Origin: Antedon mediterranea
Lineage: Eukaryota > Animalia > Echinodermata
NCBI RefSeq assembly: GCF_964355755.1
Contig: NC_092674.1
Coordinates: 4,650,001 to 4,714,000, forward strand
Direction: 5' to 3'
Length of the DNA: 64,000 bases
Within the stretch, counting starts at the first letter, position 1, and each line of letters begins with the position of its first letter. Shown here one piece after another: positions 34,101 to 47,453 of this stretch. The notes under the pieces were generated by a model. The model was given only the letters and a program-made list of their open reading frames with translations, had not been told where the DNA came from and ran no database searches. The position numbers were made by a program, and so were the translations under genes.

Positions 34101-37100
34101 CACATTCATTGCAATTTATATCTGCCTCAGACGTATTGGCCCATGCCTTTCTGGTCAAGGTGGGCACTGGACGATAGAAGCCATTGATCAATGATATGAC
34201 CAATCAAGGTGCTTTAAACAGTCCTGGCTTTGTTTGTATCAAACCTGTTAGTGGCAGTACTTATCGCTGTTGGTTTCAATTAAATTAAATAAAATATCGA
34301 TAATTTGATAAAAACTGTACTGTATTAAAAAAAACTGAGGCTCTTTCATAATATGTTTTATTGTGGCAATTTTGAGGAGTTTCTGCTCTCTTCATATCAC
34401 AAGTTGATCCTCTAGTTTTATAATACATCTATGTATCTTTGCTGTCACATGATTAACTTTCTAGTCTATTATAAAACATCTATGTATCTGTCATACCTGA
34501 ATTTGATTAGTCCATTGTCACCAGAATCCTTATCTTCAGCACTAACAGTAGTAACATATGTATTCTGCATAGCATCTTGCGTCATGTTTGCTAGGATAGG
34601 TTCTGTCTCGAATATCGGTGCATTGTCATTCACGTCTGTGATATCCACGGTTACTTGAACCTTCTCCGTTCTTGGCCCATATGGACCGCCATCTGTGGCT
34701 TTCACCTCGAATATGTAACTGCCACGAATTTCAAAATCAAATGTCCTAGGAACAACAAATATTAAGTTTCATTTTGTATACAGTATTGGTAAAATAACTT
34801 TAAATTGGTGTAGATTAAATCCAAACTTAAAGATGTATTGTCCCCCAAAAACATGAAAAATGAAGATTATTAAATCAGACTTTGAATAGGTTATTTTGTA
34901 GTTTTAATAAAGTTAATCACTTGCATTGAAAAAAAACGAAAAAAAAAATGTTTTCACTTACAAAATAACATAATAAATGGTTAAATTCAACCAAAAAATT
35001 ATTGAATGGCAGCAAATTTTACCATTTTTTTGCTTTAAATTACATTTTTTTCAGTTAAATAAATTGTTTTTAGATCCAATTTTTGGTCAAAGAGGATACC
35101 TCCTATTATGTGACTAAAATTACATATTCAACAACAAAAAATAATTTTTCAGGGGGACAATACATCTTTAAGTATGTGTATTAAGTTATATATTCCCCAA
35201 AAAATGTACAGTAATATCGGAGATATTTCAACTTACCCAGATGTACGGATAACTCCTGTATCAGGATCAATCCTAAAAAGTCCACGTGTACTATTATCCA
35301 GCGAATACTGAATAGCTGCATTATCGCCAGCGTCTGCATCCAATGCTCTAACTGTATCTACAATCGTATCAACTGGTGTGTCTTCCGGAAGCGATTCAGA
35401 GTAAAATGGGGATACAAACACTGGGTCGTTATCGTTTTGATCTCCGACAGTTACATTTATGACCATGGTAGCCGTCATCGGCGGTACAGCGCCATCACTT
35501 GCTTGAATTGACAATGAGTACTGACTTGTCGTTTCACGGTCTAGAGCTCCGGTAGTGGAAAGTTGTCCTGTTACTGGGTTGATACTGAACATACTGTTAG
35601 TATTTCCATCTAGGTATGAAATAAAATTTTAATTTAACAGTATGTGGATTATACAATCGGCACAGGTTCAAGTCACTCCTCGACCATTGTGCTGGTGGTA
35701 GAACAAGTCTTCTTCAATAAAGATTTAAAACTAGAGGTTCAGTATACAAATATGGCTTGTGTTAATTTAAAGAACCCAGTATATCGTTTGGAAGAGTGGG
35801 GGGGGGGGGGCAACCCCGTGTGCTGGTCCAGCACCTGTTGTTGTGGACAGACAAACGGGCACCGTTTGGTGGCAGCACTCGACAGCAAGGGACCCTTAAG
35901 AGAGTAGAAAGTTGTGGTATGTGTTGTCCACACCTGTGCGTAATTCAGCCCAGTAGGCTGCAAGTCGCAGGTTATTCCCGCATTTATATTATGTGTAAAG
36001 AGATTAAAGTTACTCCTTCGGTGCAATTACATTATTATTCTCTTCCCAATAAAACCATCAATAGTTTTTCTTATAAACAAACTTTCACTTACCAATGATA
36101 GAATACTCTAGAGCACCATTGATGCCCCCATCGTTATCTGTAGCTGCCACCGTATGTACCACTGCACTAGGCTGGTTCTCGGGGATGTCAAGGTGGTACG
36201 TGTCAACGCCGAACATGGGTGCATGGTCATTTTCATCCACAACGTTGACGAGCACAGAAGCAAGGTCATACCGGGCTGGGAAAGCATTGTCCCGAACATA
36301 CACTAAAGAAAGAATAACATGTTTAAATATCAACACGTAATATAAGATAATTGATTGGAAACTGTTGTTCATTATAGTTTCTGACTTATGACAGCCTAGC
36401 TCATGATTATTACTTTTATGAGCATTAGATGTCTTTTTTCAAAGTTTTAGCAAATTATCCCATTTCCCATTCTTTTTCGGAGATAATTGAATATACATTC
36501 ATTCTTACCTGTTACAATGTAGGTCTCCTTTGTCTCTCTGTCCAATTGTGATGTTGTTTTTACTTCCCCTGTCTCTGCATTCACTGTAAACATATTATCA
36601 GCAATACCATTGGGTATTTCATAAGTCAGTCTACCGTTTTCACCTACAAAAAAAAACCATCCATAATGTACGTAATGTTGGACAGCACATGGAAATATCA
36701 AGTAGAAAACAACAAGAACAATTGAGGAAATTTTAAAATTTTAATTGGTTATCCGCACTTGGCGGATAACCCCTTGTTATTGTCAGGATCTTTTTTTTTT
36801 TTTTTTTTTTTCTTTCTTATTCTTCTTTCTTTCCCAGAATTTTGTTGCGCGTGTATCTCTAAAAATTCTCAACATAACATTGTATAACTTTATCAGAAGA
36901 TTGACCTCTATCTGAAGATGTCGTAATAAGGTTTTCGGTCCCGTCCGAGTTGCGCAGCGTAAGTTACGCGCACTTTTATGAATTTTAATGATTGATCATA
37001 GAATAAAAACTAAAAGTAATTTTGTATTGAAACTTGGTGAAAATTTAAGTCATATCAAGCGCAAACTTTCTATGGATTAAAAATGGCAGGTTGCGCAGAA

Positions 37101-40100
37101 AGTTACGCGCGCACGCGCGTTTAAAATTTCAAAATGCGAAAAATCAACTTCTAATCAATTTTCCACGCGTTTCATGTAATTTTGAGCATTTCACAAATTC
37201 CCAGCCGTGCGCAATTTTTTTACGTGCGCGTGCGCACGTAGCGCAAAAACATCTTTTTTTTGTTTGATTTTTGTTTTTCCAGCCTTTTCTAGTAAATTTA
37301 CCAACTTTCAAACAATTTGGACTTAAAATCACGTCATACGAGCACGTAGAATTTAAAAATTTCCGCTCGTTTTTTATGAAAAAGTTCAAAAATTCGTGAA
37401 AATTATGCCTTTCTTTAAAAAGTCATAGATTCTAAACTACGTAGTGAACATTTTTAAAATTTCAGATTCTGGAAGTAGATGAGTTTTAGATATCAAATCA
37501 TGCATCGATATGGCTAACTGGACATTGTGACGTCATCGTATGGCCACTCGAATATAAAATATAAGATTTTTGTCTCTTTCGCATAGCTCATCACATTTAA
37601 TAGAGCGCATCTCCACTTATCCGTATTCCATTTCCACCCATTTTGTTATATTGTCTAGGCCAATCAATTATCTTTCGCATAATCTACCATTTTTTAAATT
37701 GTGATGACGTCATCATGTCCAAAAGCGTCAATAACTTGGGTCCCTTATTTTCACCTATTCTGCACTGTATGTAGTACGTATACAATAGTGTATACCGTAT
37801 ATACTTTGACGTGACACAAAATAGAGAGCGCACTAACATTTTTTCAATGGCATAATCGTTTTTCTGCGCGCAATATTCTAACGTATGACGTGCACGTGGC
37901 GTTTGCGCTGCGGATAACCTAACTCGTCCGTAGTGACGAGTTCAAATCTAGTTTTTTTTAATTATTATTTTATTAAATTTTAATTTTTATTTTATCTTTA
38001 CACACTTGTATTTTTCTATACTTAATTTATCTACCTGTATGTCTTTTTTTAAAACATACAATTTGCAGTATTAAATAAGATTGATTATTACATAGAAATA
38101 AGGTAGTGCATTAATTTATATAACACTCTTTCTGGTATATTACAGGGGAAAAAAAGTAAAAAAACACAATTTAATTTTCTAATTACCTGTGTCACCATCA
38201 GTAGCGGTCACTTGACCAATGACAGTGCCCGGCGACATGTTTTCTGAAACGTTCATGCTGTACGACGTTGGCTCAAAGTGAGGCGGCATGTCATTTACAT
38301 CCTCCACGTACACGGTAAGGTTTTGCGTACTGCTAAGCTGAGGCAGGCCATTGTCTGTAGCCGTTATAATCAAACTGTAGGCATGTTTGTGTTCACGGTC
38401 AAGAGGCTCAGCGACTGATAAAACACCTGCAATATGCAAATTGTGTAATCACCGTTTATTCATTTAGTGTTTTACATTTATCTTAAGGTATTTTTAAGGA
38501 AAGAAAATGTTTATCTATCTTTTATTTATTTTATTTCACATTTATATCCAACAGCCAATAACAGGATGCCTTAAAGACACAATATAAATATATATTTAAA
38601 AAAACACAGAAACAACATCAACAAGAACACGAAAACAACAGGCAGAAAGACAAATGTTAAGAATAAAAAACGGTTAAAAAATTAAATTTTTACAATATGA
38701 TGAATAAAGTTGTTGTCATGTCACTATCTCTTTTCTTCATTAATATTTTCAGACATAGATACTTGTAATAATATTACAATGAGAAATAGGGTTATGAATA
38801 AAGTAAATTTACCTGAAATAGCATCTAACAAGAACTTTCCATCTTCGTTACCACTGTTAATCTGATAGACAACCCGTCCACTCTCAGCGAGATCATCATC
38901 AACAGCCACGACATGGATGACAGGATAGCCAACCGGTTCATCTTCCATAGCGTACGTTTGAGTCCTTGACGTGAACGAAGGCGAGTTATCATTCTTATCT
39001 TCAATGATGATCTGGACAGTTACAGAAGACATCAAACGATCATCTGGATTCATTGGCTGATCTTCTGCCACTACCACCAGAGTCATCCTAGACTGCTGAT
39101 AAGCTTCTCGATCAATCACAGAGATGGTTACCAGATCTCCGTTCTCAGTAATTGTGAATGGAACCTGATCCGTCTCAATGGCGTAACGTATCATACCGTT
39201 CTCAGCTGAATCTGCGTCAGTAGCGGAGAAAGTCCACACAACTGTTCCAATTGCGATATTTTCCTCGATACCAAAAACGATTGGGTTTGAAGAAAACACC
39301 GGTGGATTATCATTCTCATCGAGAACGTTGATATTGGCATAAGCTGTTGTGCTTTGTGGTTGAATTTGGTCATCCAACACCTCGATGGTCAGATGATGAT
39401 GTGCCATGAACTCAAAGTCTAATACTTTCACATTGATAATACTTCCACTAGTTCGATTGATAGAGAAGATTCCATAATCGTTGCCAGCAACTATGTAGTA
39501 AGTAACTTTGTGCGTACCATCAACATCGCTAGCCCGTATACGTCCAAGTTCTGTTCCTGGTTGTATGTTCTCCATCACAGTCAACGTGATCGTTTCATTC
39601 TCCACAAGGGGTGGGTTATCATTGACATCTTTCACTTGTACCTGCACCATAATGGTAGATTCCATTGGTGGTGTACCGCCATCTTGTGCAAGTATTGATA
39701 TCATGTGTTGTGCGGCAGTTTCTCTGTCCAGAACCTGTGTGGTTGTTACCTCACCTGTAGTTGGGTTGATGCTAAACAGGCTATTTCCTGAAATCCAATC
39801 AAATACTCTAATTAAAAGTTTGGCCACATGTATATTTAAATTAAGCAATTTTACTGCCACACCTTAAATAATTCAAATTAAAATTTAACATACTAATCAA
39901 CAGTTGTGACAGTTGACTTCAGTTTCTCTAATGCTCTGTCTACACTATCAAACATAATGTGACAAAAAAGGTGATGTGCCCATATATGGACATGATGATG
40001 TCATACCAATACCATATTTGGGCACATCACACTTTTTTGTCAAACTAGTTTGATAGTGTGGACAGAGCTTTATATAAAATTTGGCAAATATTACTGGAGT

Positions 40101-43100
40101 AGGGTGAGAATGGAGAAATAATACATAGTGGATTAACCTACCAACACAATATGTATCATTTTACATGAAAATGTTTTCAACCAATGAGAATTAATGTAAT
40201 GTGTTATAATTGACCACAATGACAATTACAGTAGTTTCAAAACTGACCACAAAAATGTTCACCCACATTTGAACAAATCATATCTGCTGAAACTCTGTTG
40301 TTCATTAAAACACATTGTGTCGCTCATTAGCAGTAATGACTCCTAAAGAATACTGGTGCCACATTCTAATCTTAACCTATTGTTTATAGACGCTGGATTT
40401 AATTAATCACCCTCACATACAAAACTGATGGACAACATGTCTAGAAAACCATTATCAAATGAATATGTGAATAAGTATACAGGAAACGGTTTGAGTTATC
40501 CCCAAAAGTGGGGATTACTTATAAGCGTATTATTATTATTATTATTATTAAGCGTATCGAAGAAATTACTCCTCCTATATTTAAACGTTATATTATAAAG
40601 TAAAGATGAATTGTTCACCTGAAAAAATAATTCTGATTTTTTTTATATATGCCATTTTTGTGTCACATAGTTGTAGTAACTTTGACAAAAAATTAGACTG
40701 AAAAACAAATTTATTATACCTGAAACAACTGTAATTTAAATAATAGTCGAATTGGCTGCCAGCCAATGGGTTTTTGGTTGAATATAACTATTTATTTTGT
40801 AATTTTTAAGTGAAAACTCTTTTTTTTTTCTACGGAAGTGATTAACTTTATTAAAACTACAAAATAACCAATTCACATTCTGATTTAATTAATCTTCAGT
40901 TTTCATGTTTTGGGTGACAATACATCTTTAACTAAATAATAGTTACTAATGGTTGAAAAATTAGACTTTTTATTTAGGAATTATCACTAAATGAGCCTTT
41001 AAACGGTTTATAAAAGTTAGTCTGCTTGGGGCTTGTGTGGTGAGGATTAGTTGACCCATCTATTGAACCTGGTGTTTCAGATGAGATAACAATAAAAAGA
41101 AAACAACTACTGGCCTTCATTAGGTATTATGAGAGGTGGCTTAATAGGTAACTTAAAACAACATAGAAACAATAGCACACAGTTTGAATAATACTCTAAT
41201 GAATAATGAACAAATAGTAGCCTTGGTTATAGAAATCGGCTAGGTATAATCTGAGGACTAGACATGCTGTTAGTGCTTCCCGGTGAATTACGGACATTTA
41301 ATCTCAACATTGGAATTCATACATTTCCATAGATTATGACTAACTTTGTCTCCTTTGATAAAAACCATCAAGAAATTAGTTTTATTCACAGAGAAGATTC
41401 TTTGCAGTTTTTTGTTCATTACTCAAGTGTACCGTAAAAACTATAAGTCAATTATTTAGCATAAAATACATAACATAAGTGCACAAACTACAACCTAAGA
41501 TTGGAGTTCTCTTTTTAACATCTTAGTTTTTATTTAAACTTTTTACCCCAGCAAGAAAATGCAAAAATCAGTGTTTAAACAGTTTCAAGGTCTGGTCCTA
41601 TATTTAAAATACGGTTACATGTTTTGTTTTCTAAAGTTAGATTTTCGTTTTACTATGAATGGGAAGTCTAATAAAAGTATCAGGTATCATTACAAGAGGC
41701 AATAAATTGAGTGTAAATAAGGCATGGGAGTGTCGACTGTTAGACGCTGAAAAACGAAAACCCACATTCAAACTCTTGTAGCAGAGTTCATGGACGTTCA
41801 GAAGTTTGCAAAATAATAAATTATACTGCAATTTAATTAATAAGAAAAGTAACTATAATAAAATAAAAATTGAGGAAATATATAAAATGTATTCCATTTT
41901 AACATTGCTGGATCCACAAACCTACAAATTGTAAGTGAGAGCTTAAGTAACCTAATGTTCTATATTTTGCATTGTTTTTCCAGATTAGTGGGAGGGGAAT
42001 ATCCTAGTATCTACAGTTAGTATAATAACTAGCATTATAAATTAATGTCTAAAAACACAGACTTTTTCTGTATGCTCCTATTTGATTTAGTAAATTAGAA
42101 AAGCTTGTCTTGGGAGTTAAACTGTTTAAACAGTTTAATCAATTTATGATTCGAGGAAAATGCCACTGAAATGACAGGCACAGCACACAGAAGTCGAAGA
42201 TGGCAACGAAAGGGGATGAAATGTATCAAAATGAATACTAACGTGTACCAGAAATCAGGGAATAAGTAACTGCGCCGTTGGAACCTTTATCAGGATCGGA
42301 CGCGAGTACACGTAATACCAGCGCGCCCGCATCAAGGCCTTCCAGCACTTCTGCAGTGTAAGTCATGGTATTCAAGAAAGATGGTGCGTTATCGTTAACA
42401 TCGTTGACTGTTACATGGACGACTGCTTCTGACGATAACGGTGTTTCACCTCTATCTGTGACGACGACTGTAAACTCGTAATTTGAAGTTGTTTCACGAT
42501 CCAACACTTTAGTTGTGGTTATAACACCTGTAGTAATAATAAGTATTAATTTTAGGCTAAAATGATAACATTTTAACATTTTTTAGCTGATTCTTGGTAC
42601 TGTATCTATAATGTGTCCAGTATCATGAAAACAAATTCTATAAAGCCCTGTCTACACTATCAAACTTTATGTGACAAGAAAATGTGATGTGACCATATAT
42701 TGACACGATGAGAATCATATCACTACCATATTTGGTCATATCACTACCATATTTGGGTACATCACATTTTTTTTGTCAAACTAGTGTAGCTAGAGCTTAA
42801 TACAGTGTTACATATCACATGTGATGCTTTTATCATAGGCCATAAGCCTAACCTAAGCCTTAACATTAACATGTGATATATACATACACTGTATTACAGA
42901 ACTGTAATACAGAATGAAATTATTAGACAGGTAATTCCATATGTGTATATTATACAATACATAGAATTGTGTAAACATTATTATGTACGGGAAAAAAGAG
43001 TAAAATTAAGAATATTTACCATTAGAATCGATTTGAAACTTTTGAGTTTGCAGTAAACTATAAACCAATTGGGCATTGTCGCCCTCGTCTCGGTCCTCTG

Positions 43101-46100
43101 CGTTGATTTGACCCACTACAGTATTCGTGTCCATGTTTTCTGTGACATCAAAATAAAAGCTTTCACCCTCAATAATTGGCGCATTATCATTAACATCCGT
43201 GACATGGATGTACACTATAGCGGTTGCGTTTTGAGGGGGCACTCCATTATCAGTTGCAATAACTTGCAGCTCGTATTCAGCTTTTAATTCTCGATCTAGC
43301 AGGCTTGTCGTGTATAGATACCCGGTATCAGGAAAAATACTGAAATAAGCGGCGTCGTCACTTGCACGGATGGTGTACGTGATTCTAGCATTACTGCCGC
43401 GATCGATATCAGTCGCCATGATTTGTAGAAACGGCTGGCTTATGGCAATGTCTTCGGAGATGTCAACATTGTACGGAGAAATATCGAATCGTGGACCGTT
43501 ATCGTTCATGTCGATGACTGTAACCTCAAGCGACAATTCGGAACTTAGTGACGGCGTTCCTAAATCGTAAGCTAATATTGTCAACACGTATGACACACGG
43601 ACGTTATAGTCCAACGATTTTGTTAGTTTAATTCCACCTGATTGTTCTGATATGAAGAATGTATTCTCTGGGTTTAATGTGAGTTGATAGCGTACTTCTC
43701 CATTTGACCCCTTTTCAATATCGTTCGCTGAAGCGTAGAAAAAGAACGAGTCAACAGGGGTTGATTCCGATAACGAAATTTGTACGGTGTTACTCGCAAA
43801 TCGTGGCGTGTAATCATTCACATCTTCTATCGTAATAAGGACAAAGCTTTCGTCATAAGAGGGAGGGCTTCCGCTTGATGCTTTCACTAGAAGCGTGACT
43901 CTCTCATCACTTTCAAAATCCAGTAATGTATTCACGGTTATCTCTCCAGTTGACGGATTGATGGTGAAATAAGAATTTGGATCACCTGATGAGATCGAGT
44001 ACGTAATCACGTCTTGATTGCCTGTAAACGAACCACAATAATTTAAAATGAGAATAGACGCCAATTTGTAAAGCTCTGTCTACACTATCAAAGTAGTTCA
44101 ACAAAAAAAGTGTAATGTGCCCAAATTTGGTAGTGATATTCCCAAATATAGTAGTAATATGACATCATCATGTCCATATATGGGCACATCACACTTTTTT
44201 TGTCAAACTAGTTTGATAGTGTAGATCGAGCAAATTTGTAAGACGGTAATCCTATGAAAAATTGGCAGCATTATAAACGATTATTTAACTTAAATTTAAC
44301 GAGCAAGTAATGAGTAAATGAGAGACATATAAGATTTATTTGGAAATTTGTTTTAATCATAGCCAACATCTTTAGCATATATATGGCCTACATAAATTAC
44401 TCATTAAAGGCATACTGAACATTCATAAATTTGTTTATCATGTTTGTGCCACAACGACCACATAATGTATACTATGTATCTTAACAATTATTCAAAAGTA
44501 TAATCTTGCTGTAATGCAGATTATCATTTTTTAAAGGTTTTTTGTAAATTTTAAATAAATTTTAAGTTGTTAGTAAATAAATACTTTGGCAAATGTTTAA
44601 ATAGACCTGTTTGTCATAGTTAAAAATCAAAGTATTTCTAATTTTTAATTTATCATTCTCTAAAAATAAATTCAACCCTGAAATGTAGTAGCCACTGTTA
44701 ATATAAGGTATGATCTTTTATTACTTTTTAAAATACATCGCCATGGCAACCACACCACTGCAGCTTTGACCCATAACCTACAGATGGTTTTTCAGAGTGG
44801 CTGTCACATTAGTTTAAAACAAATGAAACTTTGAATTTTAATCAAAATCAGAGAAATATAAAGGGTTAAGGGCAGTCCACTATATAATATGTACTTTTTT
44901 TGTTGTACCACTTGGATATTCCCATAAGATGTGGGAGGAAGGTGTGTGAAATTTTAATACTAATATTTTTTTTCTAATTAATGAAATTGTTTATTTCAAC
45001 AGCGAGTAACTCGCTACTTACAGAATGGATAAACTATTTTAAAATTTTAAATTGATCATGCTTATAAACTAAGTCTCATTTGAGGGAGTGGAGTTGAAAG
45101 AGTCGTGAGTTACAAAACTGCGCTAGGTCAGGATTGAACCCTGGGATTGGAAGGCAAGCATGTTAATCACCAAGCTACAGCTCCACTTATCTCAAATAAA
45201 AAATACAAACTATATGAAAGGTCTATTATTGTACTACATGGTTTTACTAACATTGGCACACAAGGTACAGAAAATAAATGCAACTTCGAAACGTACCAGG
45301 TTACCTTTTTAGGTCACAGCATAATAAATATTTTTAGAAAACTGCCATAAAACGACACATCAATAATGATCATCTCTCATAAACCTAATTTCTTTAAAAT
45401 ACTAAACAAATAAAAATACACTTTCCAATACATTGAAAGCATTGGTTTTAGGTCATGTAAAAAAGACGATGCTTTCTCTTGGCCTCATTATATTTATTTG
45501 TACACGGTTCAAATATTCTGGGTTAACTAAGCCCTACAAATAAAATTAACCTACAATATGATTATATGGTGCATAGGCTTGAAAAATAAAATTTAGTTAA
45601 ATATAGAAAACTGTATATAAAATGAGAGTGAATAGCTTTATACATGTCGGTCGAAGACATTAAAATAAGGTTAATACTGTTCTACGACACTCACTATTTG
45701 CAAATTTTCGTAAAATATCGGAGAAACCATGAGCAGTATTAACCTAATTTTGATGTGGATAAAATGTATATACAAAGCACATCTATTATAATCTTTAATG
45801 TTGTAGGCCTACATACCTGGATCTTGATTCATAGCATGCACTGTTCCAACACTATCCTCCAGATCAGCTGACTCAATAATACTAAACTCATAATGGGCAT
45901 TATCGAACACTGGAATAGAGTCATGAAGGCCTAGCACACTGATGCTGATTATAGCGTTCTCAACGGACGTCAGACCACCGCTATCGGTAGCTTGTACTTC
46001 TAATCTATGAAGCGCCCTCTGCTGACGATCTAAGGTTCCGATCAGTTTCAAAATTCCTGAAAAAAACATATATATATATATATTTCTGAATGATTGTTAA

Positions 46101-47453
46101 GAGTAAACCATTTCAAAATTTTGGTTTTTGGTTCTGAAATACAAAAAACTAAATGAGATGCCAACCAACATGCCAGGCAGTTTGGCCTGTTGGTGAACCA
46201 GAACAGTTTAATTGCCATCCTACACTATCTAAAAATATACACTTGGTGCAATATGGCTAATGTTGTACTGAACCTTTCCATAACCTCTTTCTTTTTAAAC
46301 TCAAACTTCCCTACTCGAATAATTTCATTACACTAATCTTGTACCTCAAGCTTTTATGTTAACAAACAAATAGTCTGTGTACCTCAAGCTTTTATATTAA
46401 CAAACAAATAGTCCGTGTTGTACAAAGCAATTTCCACTATTTAATTCATTTTCACTGGTTTAGACGTGGAGTTGTATGTCGCATCCGAACGAAAGCAAAA
46501 CTCCATATGTCTGAACAAATCTATATCTCTTTGTCTCACTCTAGTATATGTCTAAACAGGCCCTAAATCTGTATCTCTTACCTGTATCCCCATCAATACT
46601 AAATAATCCTAGGTCATTTCCACCGACGATTGTAAATGTTATTTTGGCAAAATCTCCAGAATCCATGTCATTGGCGAACACAGTGACTAAGTTGGTGTCT
46701 GGCATCGTACTTTCACTCTTATTTTCTATAATTTAAAAAATACAACCAAATATTAACAGTAGTAGAGCTGGCTTTATATATGTAGAAGATCATGTGTATG
46801 TTTGTGATGTGAACGCATTGTTACCAGTATTAGGAAAATGATATAGAACACTAAATAGTCAATCGTTGGCAATGTGCCAACATAAAGTGACAATACTGTA
46901 AAGCTCTGTCTACACTGTCAAACTTTATGTGACAAAAAAAGATGTCATATCACTTCTATATTTGGGCATATCCCTACCATATTTGGTACTTTTTTTGTAA
47001 AACTAGTTTGATAATGTAGACAGAGCTTAAGTACTATATTTTATGGTAAATTTTAAATAGTAAAATGAAATAAAAAACTCAATGTACTTTTCTATATTAG
47101 ATATGTATGTATTATAAGTATGTATACCACAGGAATTTATTATGATTTGTGAATATATTGTGAACATTATATGTACCACTGTAGTATTGTGGGTAGAAAA
47201 CAGGTTCGTTGTCGTTAACGTCAATCAAGGATATATCCACACTCGCAACCGAACTCAAACCGCCATCATCCGTGGCTTGTACAAAGAAAGAGTATGTTCT
47301 TGGCATCACATCATAATCCAATGCCATGGTAGTGCAAATCTTGCCTGAGGTCGCTTCAACCATGAATTCAGGTGGTGGTGGCGTACCATAGTTGAATGAC
47401 AGTGAATATTGAATGTGACCGTTTCCTTCAGCATCAGGATCGATGGCAACAAC
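28115..47453 (-). CDS. DCHS: Dachsous-family protocadherin, 3' 18 coding exons (about 2715 aa); N-terminal part outside the window
   Basis: Exons in transcript order: 47453-47177, 46725-46582, 46056-45817, 44021-43020, 42527-42249, 39787-38813, 38426-38187, 36643-36509, 36302-36093, 35609-35237, 34745-34497, 34048-33903, 33793-33581, 33462-33236, 32430-32148, 31743-31460, 31159-31018, 30843-28115 (8148 nt, phases consistent). It has tandem cadherin repeats (DxNDN.P, LDRE, A.D.D), no EGF/LamG domains and one TM segment. Ds cytoplasmic motifs are SASSGRGS..EDEEI..INEG, DSGIQ, GSLSSIV.S.EE..GSYNWDYLLDWGPQFQPLA.VF.EIA.LKD and C-terminal EFQI. Confidence 0.93.
31295..31421 (+). mobile_element. MITE family A (shortened)
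   Basis: TIRs present, with one internal repeat unit. Confidence 0.85.
32950..33010 (+). mobile_element. SINE/LINE 3' stem-loop tail fragment
   Basis: ACTGGGC-CCTCT...CAGTC-TTT-GACTG-AAGAGG-TC-GCCCAGT followed by ATAAAAATAAA. It resembles CR1/L2-type retroposon ends. Confidence 0.5.
34119..34293 (+). mobile_element. Headless SINE sharing the body of the 5S-SINE at 19147-19471
   Basis: TATCTGCCTCAGACGTATTGGC..ATGCCT...GGTGGG.ACTGGAC...GAAGCC.TTG.TCAATG...GTGCTTTAAACAGTCCTG, with a different 3' tail. Confidence 0.75.
34831..35167. mobile_element. MITE family B (Kolobok-like)
   Basis: TTAA|AGATGTATTGTCCCCC...GGGGGACAATACATCT|TTAA. Confidence 0.88.
35650..35975 (+). mobile_element. tRNA-derived SINE with Meta/Deu-like core and L2-type tail
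   Basis: GGTTCAAGTC B box, core TGGTGGTAGAAC.AGTCTTCT...TAAAGAACCCAGTA...GAAGAGT, and tail hairpin TCAGCC..GGCTGC. Confidence 0.6.
36747..37951 (+). mobile_element. Non-autonomous Helentron/DINE-1-like rolling-circle element
   Basis: 5' GGTTATCCGC-acttg-GCGGATAACC palindrome and T-rich tract, 3' subterminal GCGGATAAC, hairpin AACTCGTC..GACGAGTT, end CTAG followed by a T-run, no TSD. Confidence 0.8.
39932..40069 (+). mobile_element. MITE family A
   Basis: TIRs and core. Confidence 0.85.
40604..40927. mobile_element. MITE family B (Kolobok-like)
   Basis: AGATGAATTGTTCACC...GGTGACAATACATCT|TTAA, colinear with 21577-21897. Confidence 0.8.
42644..42797 (+). mobile_element. MITE family A
   Basis: TAA|AGCCCTGTCTACAC...AGAGCT|TAA (TAA TSD). 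Confidence 0.85.
42803..42891. mobile_element. Small TA-flanked hairpin element (Tc1/mariner-like)
   Basis: TA|CAGTGT..ATATCACATGT ... ACATGTGATAT..ACACTG|TA. Confidence 0.5.
44072..44231 (-). mobile_element. MITE family A, chimeric copy with two right-type arms
   Basis: Both ends carry the ACTAGTTTG-type arm. Confidence 0.8.
44985..45187 (-). mobile_element. tRNA-derived SINE family S1
   Basis: Reverse complement of the 12170-12455 family, with intact A and B boxes. Confidence 0.8.
46902..47027 (+). mobile_element. MITE family A (internally deleted)
   Basis: TAA|AGCTCTGTCTACAC...GTAGACAGAGCT|TAA. Confidence 0.85.

Noticed and set aside
28115-47453. Fat, Fat4 or CELSR identity for the cadherin
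   Set aside because: There are no EGF/LamG/7TM domains, and the cytoplasmic motifs are those of Dachsous.
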